A stretch of 64,000 bases of DNA, taken from the IMG/VR virus record IMGVR_UViG_3300021399_000096. One strand, written 5' to 3'. Each line of letters opens with the position of its first letter. The stretch's first letter is position 1. The notes under the pieces were generated by a model. It was not told the DNA's origin and did no database searches. It worked only from the letters and a program-made list of their open reading frames with translations. Source of the DNA: a virus (lineage: Duplodnaviria; Heunggongvirae; Uroviricota; Caudoviricetes). This document shows positions 32,371-43,955 of the stretch, in pieces. A program made the translations under genes and the position numbers.

Positions 32371-33291
32371 TTAAATATTTACATCACCATCTGTGCAATG
32401 AACTACAGTTGCTTTGACATTATCATGCCAATAATAACCTTTAGTAATAACATTCCATTGAGACATTGTTCCTGTATACGAAATAGAGGTCAAACTACAG
32501 CAATAATAGAAAGCACCCTCTCCAATAACAGTGACACTATTAGGAATAGTTATAGAGGCCAAACCGTCGCAACCAGCGAAAGCATACTTTCCAATGCTTG
32601 TGACGCTATTGGGAATCGTCACAGAGGACAAACCACTGCAATTCTGGAAAGCAAAACCCTCGATGCCGGTGACGCTATTGGGAATGGTTACAGAGGTCAA
32701 ACTGCTGCAACCCTGAAAAGCACCCTCTCCAATAACAGTGACACTATTAGGAATAGTTATAGAGGCCAATCCGCTACAGCTGGCGAAAGCAAACTCTCCA
32801 ATGCTAGTGACGCTATTAGGAAGTATTATAGTTTCTAAATTTGTAATATTTTCGAAACCATTACTCGGTATTTCAGTTAAATTTTCAGTAAATTTAATTA
32901 CACCTTTACCATCTTCATATGGAAGAATTTCATATTCAGGCCAATCTGTACCAGATCCACTGCCTGAACCTGAACCAGAACCACTTCCTGAACCAGAACC
33001 TCCACCACTAAGGTCAATAGGTTCTCCATCTGTAGTAGTATACCAGATTTCATCATTTGGAATTACATCACCACTACCAGAACCACTTCCTGAACCAGAA
33101 CCACTACCAGAGCCAGAACTAGATCCATCATCTATAATTAATAAATTTCCTTCTTGTCTACAATGTTTATTGGGTAAATTGCATACGAGATTCTGAAGTG
33201 TTGAATCTACAAAACCCATCCATGGAATATCAGCTATTTTGTACTGATCACCGTCTTCTGGTGTTAAAAATGTTTTAATATATTCTTTCAT
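32371..33291 (-). CDS. BspA-type (LRR_5) leucine-rich repeat protein with Gly-Ser linkers
   Basis: Five IPNSVTSIGxxAFxxCxxLxSxT units and two GSGSGS tracts. Confidence 0.85.
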   Translation of the reverse strand: MKEYIKTFLTPEDGDQYKIADIPWMGFVDSTLQNLVCNLPNKHCRQEGNLLIIDDGSSSGSGSGSGSGSGSGSGDVIPNDEIWYTTTDGEPIDLSGGGSGSGSGSGSGSGSGSGTDWPEYEILPYEDGKGVIKFTENLTEIPSNGFENITNLETIILPNSVTSIGEFAFASCSGLASITIPNSVTVIGEGAFQGCSSLTSVTIPNSVTGIEGFAFQNCSGLSSVTIPNSVTSIGKYAFAGCDGLASITIPNSVTVIGEGAFYYCCSLTSISYTGTMSQWNVITKGYYWHDNVKATVVHCTDGDVNI

Positions 33292-33313
33292 ACTTAAAAA
33301 TCATACATTTATT

Positions 33314-33691
33314 TTACTTATTTTCAAGTGCTTCAACCCTGACAATTAATTCATTTATATGGCTAGATATGTTTCTGAATATGCCTTCTAAATATTCTTC
33401 TAAAGACTGTGATGAACTAGAATTTGTTCCATCAAAACCGCCGATGCCTTCGATATATACTTTTTTACTAGTAGGATCTTGATAAACCCCAATATTTTTT
33501 ATAGATGCATCTAATGCTTTTATAGATGCATCTAATGCATTTACAGACGCGTCTAGTGCATTCAAAGAAGCATTAATAGAATTCAAACTCCCATCTATAT
33601 TAGGCTTATTGCTAACAGCATCCCAGTGTGTTACAGGAACAAATGGCTGTCCAGTAACAGCATCTTTTAACTATCTTAATTCTACTGACAT
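33314..33691 (-). CDS. fibre-associated coiled-coil protein (125 aa, code 15)
   Basis: MSVELR(Q)LKD...PVTHWDAV, LDAS repeats. Confidence 0.6.
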
Positions 33692-33708
33692 ATATTAATT
33701 ATATAAAT

Positions 33709-34056
33709 TTAATTTTCTATTTCTCTATGTGGCTGTTGTTTAGCCCATGTTATGCATTCTTCTACAAAATTGTAATATTCTGTAAAAGCTTCTGTTTCAA
33801 CATCACGTTTTCTTTGAACTTCAAATTCCTGATTTATAGAATAACATTCTCGAATCTTTTGTTCGACTAGTTCTTCTAATGTTGGAAGATAAGGTTCTGG
33901 TTCCGGCTCTATATATTCTTCCCAACCAGTGGATAAAAATTGTTCTAAAGTTGGATTTGTGATATGAAAATTCCCTAAAGTTATTGTTGTAAAGACTTTA
34001 TTATCTTTTACTCTAAAAGAACGTAGTATGTCCTATTTTTTAAATATTTTAATCAT
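33709..34056 (-). CDS. hypothetical tail-associated protein (115 aa, code 15)
   Basis: Open with TAG=Q: ...FLSTGWEEYIEPEPEPYLPTLEELVEQKIRE... Confidence 0.6.
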
Positions 34057-34085
34057 ATTAATCTTTTTAAATATTTTTAATTATG

Positions 34086-34838
34086 TTAATCAAAATGTTC
34101 TAAGAAATATCCAGTTGAATTGGCATTTCCGAAAAATACGCCAGATATTTCATCATACATACCGAATTCACCGGCAGAATGAGCTTTATTGTCAGATGCT
34201 AAATTAGCTGGTATATTAGAAGTAAGCTAACAAGCTTTAAATATATGAACCATATTAGAATTGTATTTAATTCCTAATTCATATAAAGCTATATCGGTGG
34301 CGGGTTCTCTAGCGGGAATACCCTCACTGCTTTTGTCAAATATTAATAAAGAATATGAACATACATTTGCAAATGAACCATCTTCAGCAGAATATCCAAA
34401 ATATACTTTATTTCCTAAATTTCCATTATTATAAATCTATATATAACTATTATTTCCACTAATGTTTGGAACCTAAGTAAATCTTACTTTTTTATTTAAA
34501 AATGGCTATAAAGATTTCATTGGAGATGTCCAAGAAGTTGAATTTCTAACACGGGCTCCCATATATATATTGCTATAAGCTTCATTACTTTTAAGCCAAT
34601 AATTAATAATAGTATAATGATAATATGACATAGATGCTCCACATATACGTCTAACTTTAGAATAATTATCTACTAATACTTTACTATCTACATATATTTC
34701 TAATACATTATTATTAAAATTCTTAAACAACGTATCTATATAAGCACTATTAGTAGTATATATCCCTCCTGGGCATAATCTATACCAACTTGCTTCAGTA
34801 TTTGTATTTGTTAATAATTTTCTTCTAATCTCACTCAT
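34086..34838 (-). CDS. fibre/receptor-binding-like protein (250 aa, code 15)
   Basis: Extends over TAG. C-terminal GMYDEISGVFFGNANSTGYF motif. Confidence 0.6.
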
Positions 34839-35397
34839 TACTCCACTCTCCTATAATACCAAGATTATTTTCTATACTTACTAAATATTTCTTTCCAGTT
34901 TGAATATCTGGATCTTTTAACCAAGTTACACTAGACGGAACATTTAATGTTGTAGCAACAGATCCGCTAGTGAACTAAAACATATATTCATTTACGATAT
35001 CCGAATTTCCGGGATTTAATGTAACTGTCAAACTAGTTTTTGTTCCAAACATATACATTTTATTTGGATCTAGTGCAAATATACTAGAAGAATCATCGGT
35101 TTTGTCAACAACTGGTGTAGATGCAATAGCAAATAATGATACGTCTGGAACTGATTCTACAACATCGCTGTCAATTGTAGGATCATTTGTTGGATATAAT
35201 TCATTATGAGTCCAAATATATTTTGAACCCTTATTATAACCATACGGCTCATCTTCAAATGTTGCAGTTAAAAAAACTATAGAATCTTGATTAACTTTAG
35301 ACTGCACACTTGGTTTTATAGAAGTTATATCAAGTGTAGAACCAGAAACATTAAAAACATTATGAAGGCCAGTAGCTTTAACAAATTTTTTTGCCAT
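34831..35397 (-). CDS. fibre-associated protein (188 aa, code 15)
   Basis: EYMF(TAG)FTSGSVATTLNVPSSVTW matches the common EYMFQFTSG motif. Its stop overlaps the next start. Confidence 0.7.
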
Positions 35398-35542
35398 AGT
35401 TATAAATTTATTGCATTAAATTTTTATATTTATTTATAAAATAAATTAATAAAAATAAATAGAGTTTTGCATATTAATATATATTTAAATGTATATTTAA
35501 TACTATAAATATATGCATAATAAATGATATGGAAAATTTAAA

Positions 35543-36382
35543 TTATTCAATAATTTCCCATGATAATAAATCCTAAACATATGCATCAGTAGTAAGACCT
35601 GTAGCAGGTGTAGATCCATAATCATTAGCTGCAAGAACAACTCCAGACGTTAATGAAACTGAACCACTAGTAGGATTAGAAGCAACATATACAAATGTTG
35701 TATCTGCATCAGTAATAGCAGTTTCACCAGTTACTGTATTGACAACGTTACCGACTTGATCATGCAATTCTTCAATAACTTCACGATATGTTGATGCTTC
35801 ATTAATGCCGCTTCCTTGTGACCAATTTGGATTAAGAGATTCACCTAAACCAAGACTATCAGACATTGTGGTAATTGATGCAGCAGTTACTTCTTCAACA
35901 TCAGATAGTTCTTTATAAACATCTTGTGCTATTGCTAGGCCAGTTAAACCATTAGATGCATCTGCTAAAGTAATAATATTGCTATTTAGTAATAGTTTAT
36001 TATCACTTGCAGATAATTGTATATAACTTGTATCACTATTAACTAATATACTGCTATCATTAACAATTATGCTATTGTTTAATGCATTAATACTGATATT
36101 TTGGATGCTTGCATCAACTTCATCCTTAGTATAATAATTGTCTAAATCAATTGCAGTGCTTCCAATTATTTCCCATTTTTCATCTACCCACAAATATTCA
36201 TCACGAACATTTTTCTCCAATTCTGTTTTAGATGGAATTAAATATAATATATGTTCTACACCGGCGTCTGGAAGTTCATCTAGAACAGACACATCAAAAC
36301 TAACAAGTTCAGATATTTTCTTTTTTATTAACTCGTTATATGTTACTAAACCGTGATCATTTAAATAATACTTTTTTGCCAT
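35543..36382 (-). CDS. fibre-associated protein
   Basis: NVRDEYLWVDEKWEIIGSTAIDLDNYYTKDEVD motif. TAG near the C-terminus is read through to TAA 35543. Confidence 0.7.
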
Positions 36383-36397
36383 AAATAATTAATAAAT

Positions 36398-36775
36398 TTA
36401 TTTTTCTTCAGTATCCAAATTATTAATAAATTCATCTGGAATAGGAACCATATCACTAGTTCCACCACCTTCACCATTAAAAAAATTTGTGGCTGGATAT
36501 AAATTGTTATCTACATAATATTGAAACATATCAGTAAAATATGTAGGAGAACCACTACTTTCTAAATATAAATGGGTATGACGTATTTTAACTATATCTT
36601 CTTTAGAAACGCTAGTATCTACTGGAATTTCAGTTTTGTCATAATCATAATATGCACTTGCATCAATAGAAACATCCCCCCACTATTCGGTCATTGTAGT
36701 CATATGATCTAATTCTACATGAGCATTTGTAGTAGCTAATGTTTGATTTATAACTTGCCTTGTTGAACTATTCAT
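36398..36775 (-). CDS. hypothetical protein (125 aa, code 15)
   Basis: One in-frame TAG; upstream TAAATA-type motif. Confidence 0.6.
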
Positions 36776-36797
36776 TTTATTTAAAAATAAATTTTTA

Positions 36798-36856
36798 TTT
36801 TTATATTTATTTTGAGAAACTTTTTATTGTTTTCATATATATAATAAATAATAAAA
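36798..36856. promoter_or_regulatory. back-to-back AATAAATA(T/AT)AAAA motifs (candidate late promoters) for 36775(-) and tmRNA(+)
   Basis: The same motif recurs 20-55 nt upstream of starts at 8623, 12241, 15604, 18449, 28839, 35397, 37681, 52535, 5627 and 60442. Confidence 0.45.
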
Positions 36857-36861
36857 TCAAT

Positions 36862-37261
36862 GGGCTCATTTGGCTTTGACTGCATTGATTTTGATTTGTA
36901 AGCATGTGACGCATTGAAGATACGCGTCTAATAAATGTTCTTTGAGAATAATTTAAATGGCGAAGAAAATTACGCTATGGCAGCTTGATCCGAAGTATAG
37001 TAAGACGGCTTAAGATTTTGCAAGGCAGAATCGACATACATCGCTCAATCCCATAATCCAAGGGTGAATTGATATAGTGGTGCAGGAATATTGGATATTA
37101 GAATTTGCGATGCTATTAAACAAATTCGAAACTATAATAGCTTAAGATATTGTTGGCTAGTTTGAGGTTTAGCAATATACAAAAATTAAATCAAACTAAA
37201 CATGTAGAAAGCAGATTGGAACATATGCAACACGTGGGTTCGATCCCCACTGAGTCCACCC
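36862..37261 (+). ncRNA. ssrA: tmRNA
   Basis: Acceptor stem GGGCTCA/TGAGTCC with the G3:U alanyl determinant, T-arm GTGGGTTCGATCCCCAC, discriminator A. Tag ORF 36959-36988 encodes (A)GEENYAMAA-TGA. Confidence 0.93.
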
Positions 37262-37267
37262 CAAAAC

Positions 37268-37296
37268 AAAGGAACCTAAAATAAAGGTTCCTTTTT
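37268..37296. terminator. terminator after tmRNA and the convergent holin-like gene
   Basis: AAAGGAACCT / AGGTTCCTTT stem. Confidence 0.75.
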
Positions 37297-37297
37297 C

Positions 37298-37681
37298 TTA
37301 TGCATCTAATTCAGATTCTTCATCATCTGAATCATTTTCATCTTCAAGTTCTTCTTTTATTTCTTTTTCCAATTTATGTGCAATTTCTTCTGGAGATTTT
37401 TTATTGAATCTGTAATTTGTATAATTTGTCCAGCCTTTCAGAATTCCGCCTGATGCAAATATTCCACAAACAGCTGCAATATATTCTGCCATTCCTGAAA
37501 TATCAGATGCAATAGTGTGATTAAAATAAACTTCAATTAACATTGCAATTGCAGGAACTAATAGAAGAAACAATGCAATAAGTGATGTTAAAAATAAAAA
37601 GACTGTTGAAGCTGATACAGTCTAGTCATCCATATCAAATAAACGAGATAACCATCCTTTTCTTTTCTTTTTCTTTGCCAT
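37298..37681 (-). CDS. holin-like two-TM membrane protein (127 aa, code 15)
   Basis: Basic N-terminus MAKKKKRKGW, TAG at codon 20, two hydrophobic helices, charged C-tail. Confidence 0.55.
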
Positions 37682-37907
37682 AATTAAAACAATAATTTTT
37701 ATATTATTGCTCGTTTTTATCAATTATTGTTTTCATTATATTTATTAAAAACCTTTTATAATATAAATATAGAATATAATTTAAAAATAAAGAAAGTTGC
37801 GGATTTATATGGGTGAGCAATATACATTAACTGATAAAAAGCGAGATAAAGATAATCCAAATTAAAAAGTTGATTAATAAACAAAATATCAGTTAAAGAC
37901 AGATTAG

Positions 37908-37941
37908 AAAAATGCCACTAATTAATTTTAGTGGCATTTTT
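37908..37941. terminator. bidirectional terminator
   Basis: AAAAATGCCACTAA / TTAGTGGCATTTTT. Confidence 0.7.
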
Positions 37942-38091
37942 AATTAATTACTTTTCTTTAACAGAATTATTTTTTCTCTTTCATTTCTTTTATTCTTCTT
38001 AACATATCTTGATAAGGAGACTTTTCTTTCAATTTTTCTAAAAATGTTTTTTCTTTTTCCATATCTTTATTTGTTTATTTAATTATAATTA

Positions 38092-40494
38092 TTACTGTGC
38101 ATCTTCTACTGTCCAATTAGTAGGTATACCATGACCGCCAGTTTTCCAACTTGTTGCATCTAGATGCTTAACAAATGTACCAGCACTTGCGACACCATGT
38201 ACCCACTCGTATGTGCAAGCGGTTGCCGATATATTAGACGCAAGGCATTTAATGTAATTTAAACTTGTACAATCATAGAACATACAAAAATAACACTGAT
38301 TTGTTAATGTAGCCGCATGTAACTCTGGCGCAGTTTCTAAATTACTACAATTACGGAACATATTACTATAACAACCAGTTGCTAATTCAGTAGCAGGTAA
38401 TTCTGGCGCAGTAATTAAACTTGTACAACGATTAAACATACTAGCATAGCAATCATATGCTAATGTAGTAGCAGGCAATTCTGGTGCTGTTGTTAAACTA
38501 CTACAACCATCGAACATGCCTTGATAACAACCATATGATAATGTAGTTGCAGGTAACTCAGGTGCTGTTATTAAACTAGTACAACCAGCGAACATACCTT
38601 GATAACAATACTGTGCTAATGTAGTAGCAGGCAATTCAGGTGCAGTTGTTAAACTTGTACAATTGTAGAACATATTATTATAACAACCAGTTGCTAATTC
38701 AGTAGCAGGTAATTCTGGCGCAGTTGTTAAACAAGTACAACCATTGAACATTCCATCATAGCAATAACTTGTTAATGTAGTAGCAGGCAAACAATAATGC
38801 CCTGAATTTTGATTTATTGGTAAAATGTTCATTAAATCATTGTCATTAACTTTTGTTCCAGCAAATAAGCCATGCAATCCACCGTCAGCAAAAGTTTCAT
38901 CGCCTGAAAAGTCAATATTTGTACAGTCTGGTAATAAATTTGTATTACTAAACATACCATAATAGCAACTATATGCTAATGTAGTTGCTGGTAATTCAGG
39001 CGCAGTTGTTAAACTAGTACAACCATCGAACATCCTATTATAACAACTCTCTGCTAATGTAGTTGCTGGTAATTCAGGCGCAGTTGTTAAACTAGTACAA
39101 TTAAGAAACATATAATACCCACAATATCGTTTTAATGGCGTATCTTGGTTTTCATAATTCCACAAATAGTTACAATTACCATCAGCTGCAATCTTACCAG
39201 TCATTTTAAATTGTGTATAGTTACTAGTAGTATTATTTGAACTAAGAATACCCCTAATATACACGGTATCACCACTATTTGCTAATGTAATTGTTGTTGT
39301 AGTTGTCATAGAAGACCAATTACTCAAGTCTCTACTATACTCTAAAGTTTGGTAACTACTTTTTCGTGCTAAACCGATTGTACTATTCGCTTCTTGTGCG
39401 GTGAATTTAACTGGTAAATAATCTTTAACTACCCATCCAGTAGGTATGCCATCAACACTATCTGTAAGCCAATTTGCAGCCTCAGTATGTTTTACAAATG
39501 TACCACTACTTGCTACGCCTGATACCCAATTAGTAGTACTATTATTCTGATTTATTCCATTTATTGCAAGACATTTAATGTAATTTAAACGACTGCAACC
39601 TCTGAACATACTATTATAACAATAATTTGCTAATGTAATTGCAGGTAATTCTGGCGCTGTTGTTAAACTAGTACAATCTCGGAACATAGCATAATAACAA
39701 TTACTTGTTAATGCAGTAGCATGTAATTCTGGTGCAGTTGTTAAACTTGTACACCCATAGAACATGTATTGATAACAATAATCTGATAATATAGTGGCAG
39801 GTAATTCTGGTGCTGTTGTTAAACTAGTACAATTTCTGAACATATAAAAGTAACAATAATTTGCTAAAGTGGTAGCAGGTAACTCGGGGGCCGATGTTAA
39901 ACTCGTACACCCATAGAACATAGCATAATAACAATTACTTGCTAATGTAGTAGCAGGCAAACCAGGTGATGTTGTTAAACTAGTACAACCAAAGAACATA
40001 TCTTGATAACAATTACTTGCTAACGCAGTTGCTGGTAATTCAGGCGCAGTAATTAAACTAGTACAATTATAGAACATATAATATCCACAATATTTCTTCA
40101 AAGGCGCGGCCAAATTATTATAGTCCCATAAAGCATTACAATTACCACTTACAGCAATTTTACCTGTCATTTTAAATTGTGTGTGGTCGGAACCTGTATT
40201 ATCTCCATTTAATATACCAGCGATATAGCAATTATCCCCACTATTGGTTAAAGTAATAGTGGTGTCAGTCGCCATCTTTTTCCACTGTTTCCCATTCGTA
40301 CTATACCATAGTTTTTGATTGGTACTCAATTTCTCCAAGCCAATAGTACTATTTGCTTGCTGAGCGGTAAATGTGACATAGTTTGTAATAGGAATTGATG
40401 CTGTATATATCAGTTCATCACCATGATATATACTAACAACCTCATTATCTCCTAAATATATAGATCCTATTTGATTATTTCCAAATAATAACAT
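38092..40494 (-). CDS. LRR-like solenoid protein with 26-aa TTAPELPATTLAxxCYxxMFxxCTSL repeats (internally duplicated)
   Basis: Two halves each start FTAQ(Q/E)ANSTIGL, followed by repeat arrays. Confidence 0.8.
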   Translation of the reverse strand: MLLFGNNQIGSIYLGDNEVVSIYHGDELIYTASIPITNYVTFTAQQANSTIGLEKLSTNQKLWYSTNGKQWKKMATDTTITLTNSGDNCYIAGILNGDNTGSDHTQFKMTGKIAVSGNCNALWDYNNLAAPLKKYCGYYMFYNCTSLITAPELPATALASNCYQDMFFGCTSLTTSPGLPATTLASNCYYAMFYGCTSLTSAPELPATTLANYCYFYMFRNCTSLTTAPELPATILSDYCYQYMFYGCTSLTTAPELHATALTSNCYYAMFRDCTSLTTAPELPAITLANYCYNSMFRGCSRLNYIKCLAINGINQNNSTTNWVSGVASSGTFVKHTEAANWLTDSVDGIPTGWVVKDYLPVKFTAQEANSTIGLARKSSYQTLEYSRDLSNWSSMTTTTTITLANSGDTVYIRGILSSNNTTSNYTQFKMTGKIAADGNCNYLWNYENQDTPLKRYCGYYMFLNCTSLTTAPELPATTLAESCYNRMFDGCTSLTTAPELPATTLAYSCYYGMFSNTNLLPDCTNIDFSGDETFADGGLHGLFAGTKVNDNDLMNILPINQNSGHYCLPATTLTSYCYDGMFNGCTCLTTAPELPATELATGCYNNMFYNCTSLTTAPELPATTLAQYCYQGMFAGCTSLITAPELPATTLSYGCYQGMFDGCSSLTTAPELPATTLAYDCYASMFNRCTSLITAPELPATELATGCYSNMFRNCSNLETAPELHAATLTNQCYFCMFYDCTSLNYIKCLASNISATACTYEWVHGVASAGTFVKHLDATSWKTGGHGIPTNWTVEDAQ

Positions 40495-40513
40495 ATGCGT
40501 ATAATATTCATTT

Positions 40514-42799
40514 TTATGACTATTCCTCGGTTATTATATATAAAGTATTAGAATCATGCGAACTAATTGCATCATACTCCTCTTGAGTTCCTTTCCAGAA
40601 ATTAGTGAATATATTGGTTGATGGTGGTAATATATTTTGTGTGTCATTCCCGTAATATCGTTCTTCATCCGCACTAAATGCTTTAACATTATTCATCGCA
40701 TTATTGCCAAATATAAACCCGCTTCCATTTATTTTATTACCAGCCGCATTTGCGCCAAATGTTCCGAATGACGCTTCCGCGCCTTCTATAGTATTATTAA
40801 AACAGTAACATCCCAAATCTTTATCACTTACTGTTGATACATTTGATAAGTCCTCAAACACATTAAAGAAAACGTCACCATTTAAACACTGAACATTTAA
40901 TGACATCCCTTCTAATAAGCATGTTGGTTTTATTTTATTATTCTTGCATATCACCATCGAACTAATTCCTTCTTTTAATCCAATGCTAGCAGCGACTGTT
41001 GCATCATGCCAATCCCCTGTTGCTAAATCTTTTAGTGCAAATGTATAGAAATAAGCTGCATATCGGCCATTAGGTCTTCCATCGTATAAGAAATTAAATC
41101 TGTTATTTTCATCATCATAACATAAATCTGGATAATTTGAGTTGTTAAATTCATTTCGTCCGAATTTTATATTTTTAAAATCATAAGGACACTCATTATT
41201 CCATTCATCTTTCATGTAGTATACAACGCCTTTATAGCTTGAAGCATCTTTAACTTCAGAAATCGGGAATTGATATGGTATAAATTCTACTGTATCTTTA
41301 CGAGTCTGGAATAAGTTGCATAATTCACCAACTTGTGGTAGTTCTTCAGTTAGTGCACCAATCGTTTGACCCTACATAGTAACTGTCCATGCAGTATTTT
41401 TTGTTGATAGCATATCTTGTGTAAAAGTAAATGGTTGTTGTAATGAATCGTCACTCATAACAAAATATCCAGTGTCACCGACTACAGGAAATTCCGTTGT
41501 AAATTTAATAACTCCGGCATATCCTTCTGGAAATTCGCCAAGTAAATTATAATGATAATATGTTACTCCGCTTTCTTCTTCACCACCTTGTCCATCATAT
41601 GCAAACCGATAAGTTGTGCCTTCAATAGGAACATTTACAACCCATTTGCCATATGTATCATATGTTTCATCTCTTGATAGAGTAATACGTTGTCCTTCTG
41701 CCGATATGACAATACCTGTTTTTGTTGAAATCCATTCAAAGCGATGATCATTCAGATCCAACGAATATTTTAATTCCCATGCATTAAGATTACAATTTTT
41801 AAAGTAATCTCCGCCTTCAGTATGCGTCTCTTCTAGTGTATCTAAAATGTTAAATTCAATAATACCTGGGCCACCCATTGCGGCTGCATCCATATATGCA
41901 GTTTCTCCTGCCTTAATATCAGAATTTAATGTAAATATTTTTGCCGTATCTGGCATATAAGGGTCCCAAGATGTAACATCACCAAAAGATGAGTCGACAT
42001 CAAATTGTCTTTGAAGACATTCTATTATTATTGACCATCCAACTTGGCAATCTGTCATTCTTTCATCTTCAGAAGTATTAGTGTCGTCTATTGATTTATT
42101 TCTAATCATGAAGCCATATATATCTGCCTCGCCACCTGCACCCATGTCAGAGAAAAATTTAAATTTAGTTATTTCTGTAACCTCATGCTCCGGTTCTTCA
42201 GGAACGTGATTCATTGGTTTGGCATCTTGGGATAATGTATGTTCATCAATGGCCTCGATAACAATATCATATTTATTGTTTACACTTTTAGCATACATTG
42301 CTGACATCATACCCTCAACTTTACATTCATAATCAGTGATTCGATATTTGCATCCTGGAGTTAATTCTCCATTATCACACATATTTCGAAGTTCAGATAC
42401 TGTTGTTTCAACAAACTGAGGTGCATTGACACTCTGTTCAATAGCAGTTTTATAATCTGTTCCTGCAGGAATTCCAGATTCTTCACTCCATTCAACATTA
42501 AGACTGCTATTTAATCCTAAAGTGTTTGCCATTGTTGTTATAGCAGTTGCTATTACTTCTTCATCTTCTTTGATAATTTCATCATAACTATTAGTCGGAT
42601 ACAAAGTATTCATTGTCCAGATATATTTAGTTCCATCTGGATAACCATATAGTGTATCTTCACTCGCAGTTAAAAACAATATGCTGTTTTGATTGATTTC
42701 TGATTGCATCTCTTCCTTTATAGAAGTTATATCAAGATCAGAATCTGACACATTAAAAACATTATGCAACCCTGTGATTTTGACAAATTTTTTAATCAT
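40514..42799 (-). CDS. tail fibre-like protein (code 15)
   Basis: The 475-aa and 231-aa ORFs join via TAG 41372. Motifs PGCKYRITDY, KGVVYYMKDEWNNECPYDFKNI, C-terminal WKGTQEEYDAI...LYII. Confidence 0.75.
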
Positions 42800-42832
42800 A
42801 TAATTAATAAAAATATTAGTTTTTATTGTTTA

Positions 42833-43879
42833 TTAAGACGCTAACGCGTCTCCAAAGTGTAGGCAAACAAAAGCACGACACTCACCATCCTTACCGCCAT
42901 TGTACATGGTGCCACTGCCTCCTAAGTCGAACGCTTCATCGTGGCTACCACACTAAGAGCTAGACCAATAATCGTAGCTATTCGAATACAACAATGCACA
43001 ACATAATTTACTTCTAAAATTAATACCAGTATGGTCGCTGTCATAATCTTCATTTAGTGAACTACCTTTATAGTGATCAGGATCGACGGTTTGTAAATTA
43101 AACCAAATTTCTCTGTTTTGTACAATAGATGGAACAAAACAACGACCAGCTACTCCAGGAACATTTATTCCACCTGGGGAATTAAAGTTTTTAACAGCGG
43201 TGAATAATGGAGATTCACTAAGATATGCATGTTGATATATAGCTTTACTTGCTTTAGCACCATCGTTTGTTCTAAATGCGCCAATAATAAAATCATTATA
43301 TAAATGATCTACTCTGGTATCGTTTGTTGCCCATTTAAGATTTTTAAATGTAACCGAACCTGTTTCAGAATTACGTTCTTGCCAATTTAAAACATGCCAT
43401 AAGCCTTTACCAACACAAACTGCAATTGGTATACCATGAGTAGTAGGAATATCTGCACGTAAAATAACATTATTACTATTAACATCCTTTCCGATCCAAT
43501 TTTCATCATTGATAAAGAGCATTCCATTACTATCTGAACAATTATCATCACCATTTGGATATCTGAAATATGCTGATGTATCTGTAGCACCTACACACAA
43601 TCCATTTGGGAATTCTTTATAATTCCATTCTAAATTATCAGGATCTCCATTCCATGCTTTGAATACGCCATTATCATATGACAATACTGCACCTACAGTA
43701 TTATAGTGATTTAATTCTTCTGCATCAAATAAACTTGCAAATTCTTTAACACCTTTAAAACTAGTAATAACATTATTAACTTTTAAAGTTTCATTAGTGC
43801 CGTTCATAACAATTGCATTTGGCAATAAATCATTTATTGTATCTGTTTCAGATTTAATAAGTTGAATATGTTCTGTCAT
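42833..43879 (-). CDS. C-type-lectin-fold (DUF1566/Lcl-like) receptor-binding protein with DGR-like variable C-terminus (348 aa, code 15)
   Basis: FVPSIVQN...YWSSS(TAG)CGSHDEAFDLGGSGTMYNGGKDGECRAFVCLHF. The GC-rich tail is visible only with TAG read-through. Confidence 0.7.
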
Positions 43880-43894
43880 AATTTTTATTTTTAT

Positions 43895-43955
43895 TTTTTA
43901 TTATTTTTAGTAATCTATTCAGAAACCAATCTGAATAGACTTTAGATTAAATTGG
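43895..43955. repeat. about 60-bp block identical to 49474-49534, containing a 10-bp hairpin
   Basis: TCTATTCAGA-AACCAA-TCTGAATAGA just downstream of both LRR gene stops. Confidence 0.85.

Noticed and set aside
32400-32840. BspA LRR units as direct DGR products
   Set aside because: Variable NNY codons are suggestive, but units also differ by synonymous C/T changes at non-adenine sites (CCT/CCC, AGC/AGT, TTC/TTT), and no template or RT is visible. Recombination is the simpler explanation.
37225-37262. Stand-alone tRNA (GGTTCGATCC T-loop)
   Set aside because: No anticodon arm; the acceptor partner lies about 390 nt upstream. It is the tmRNA 3' end.
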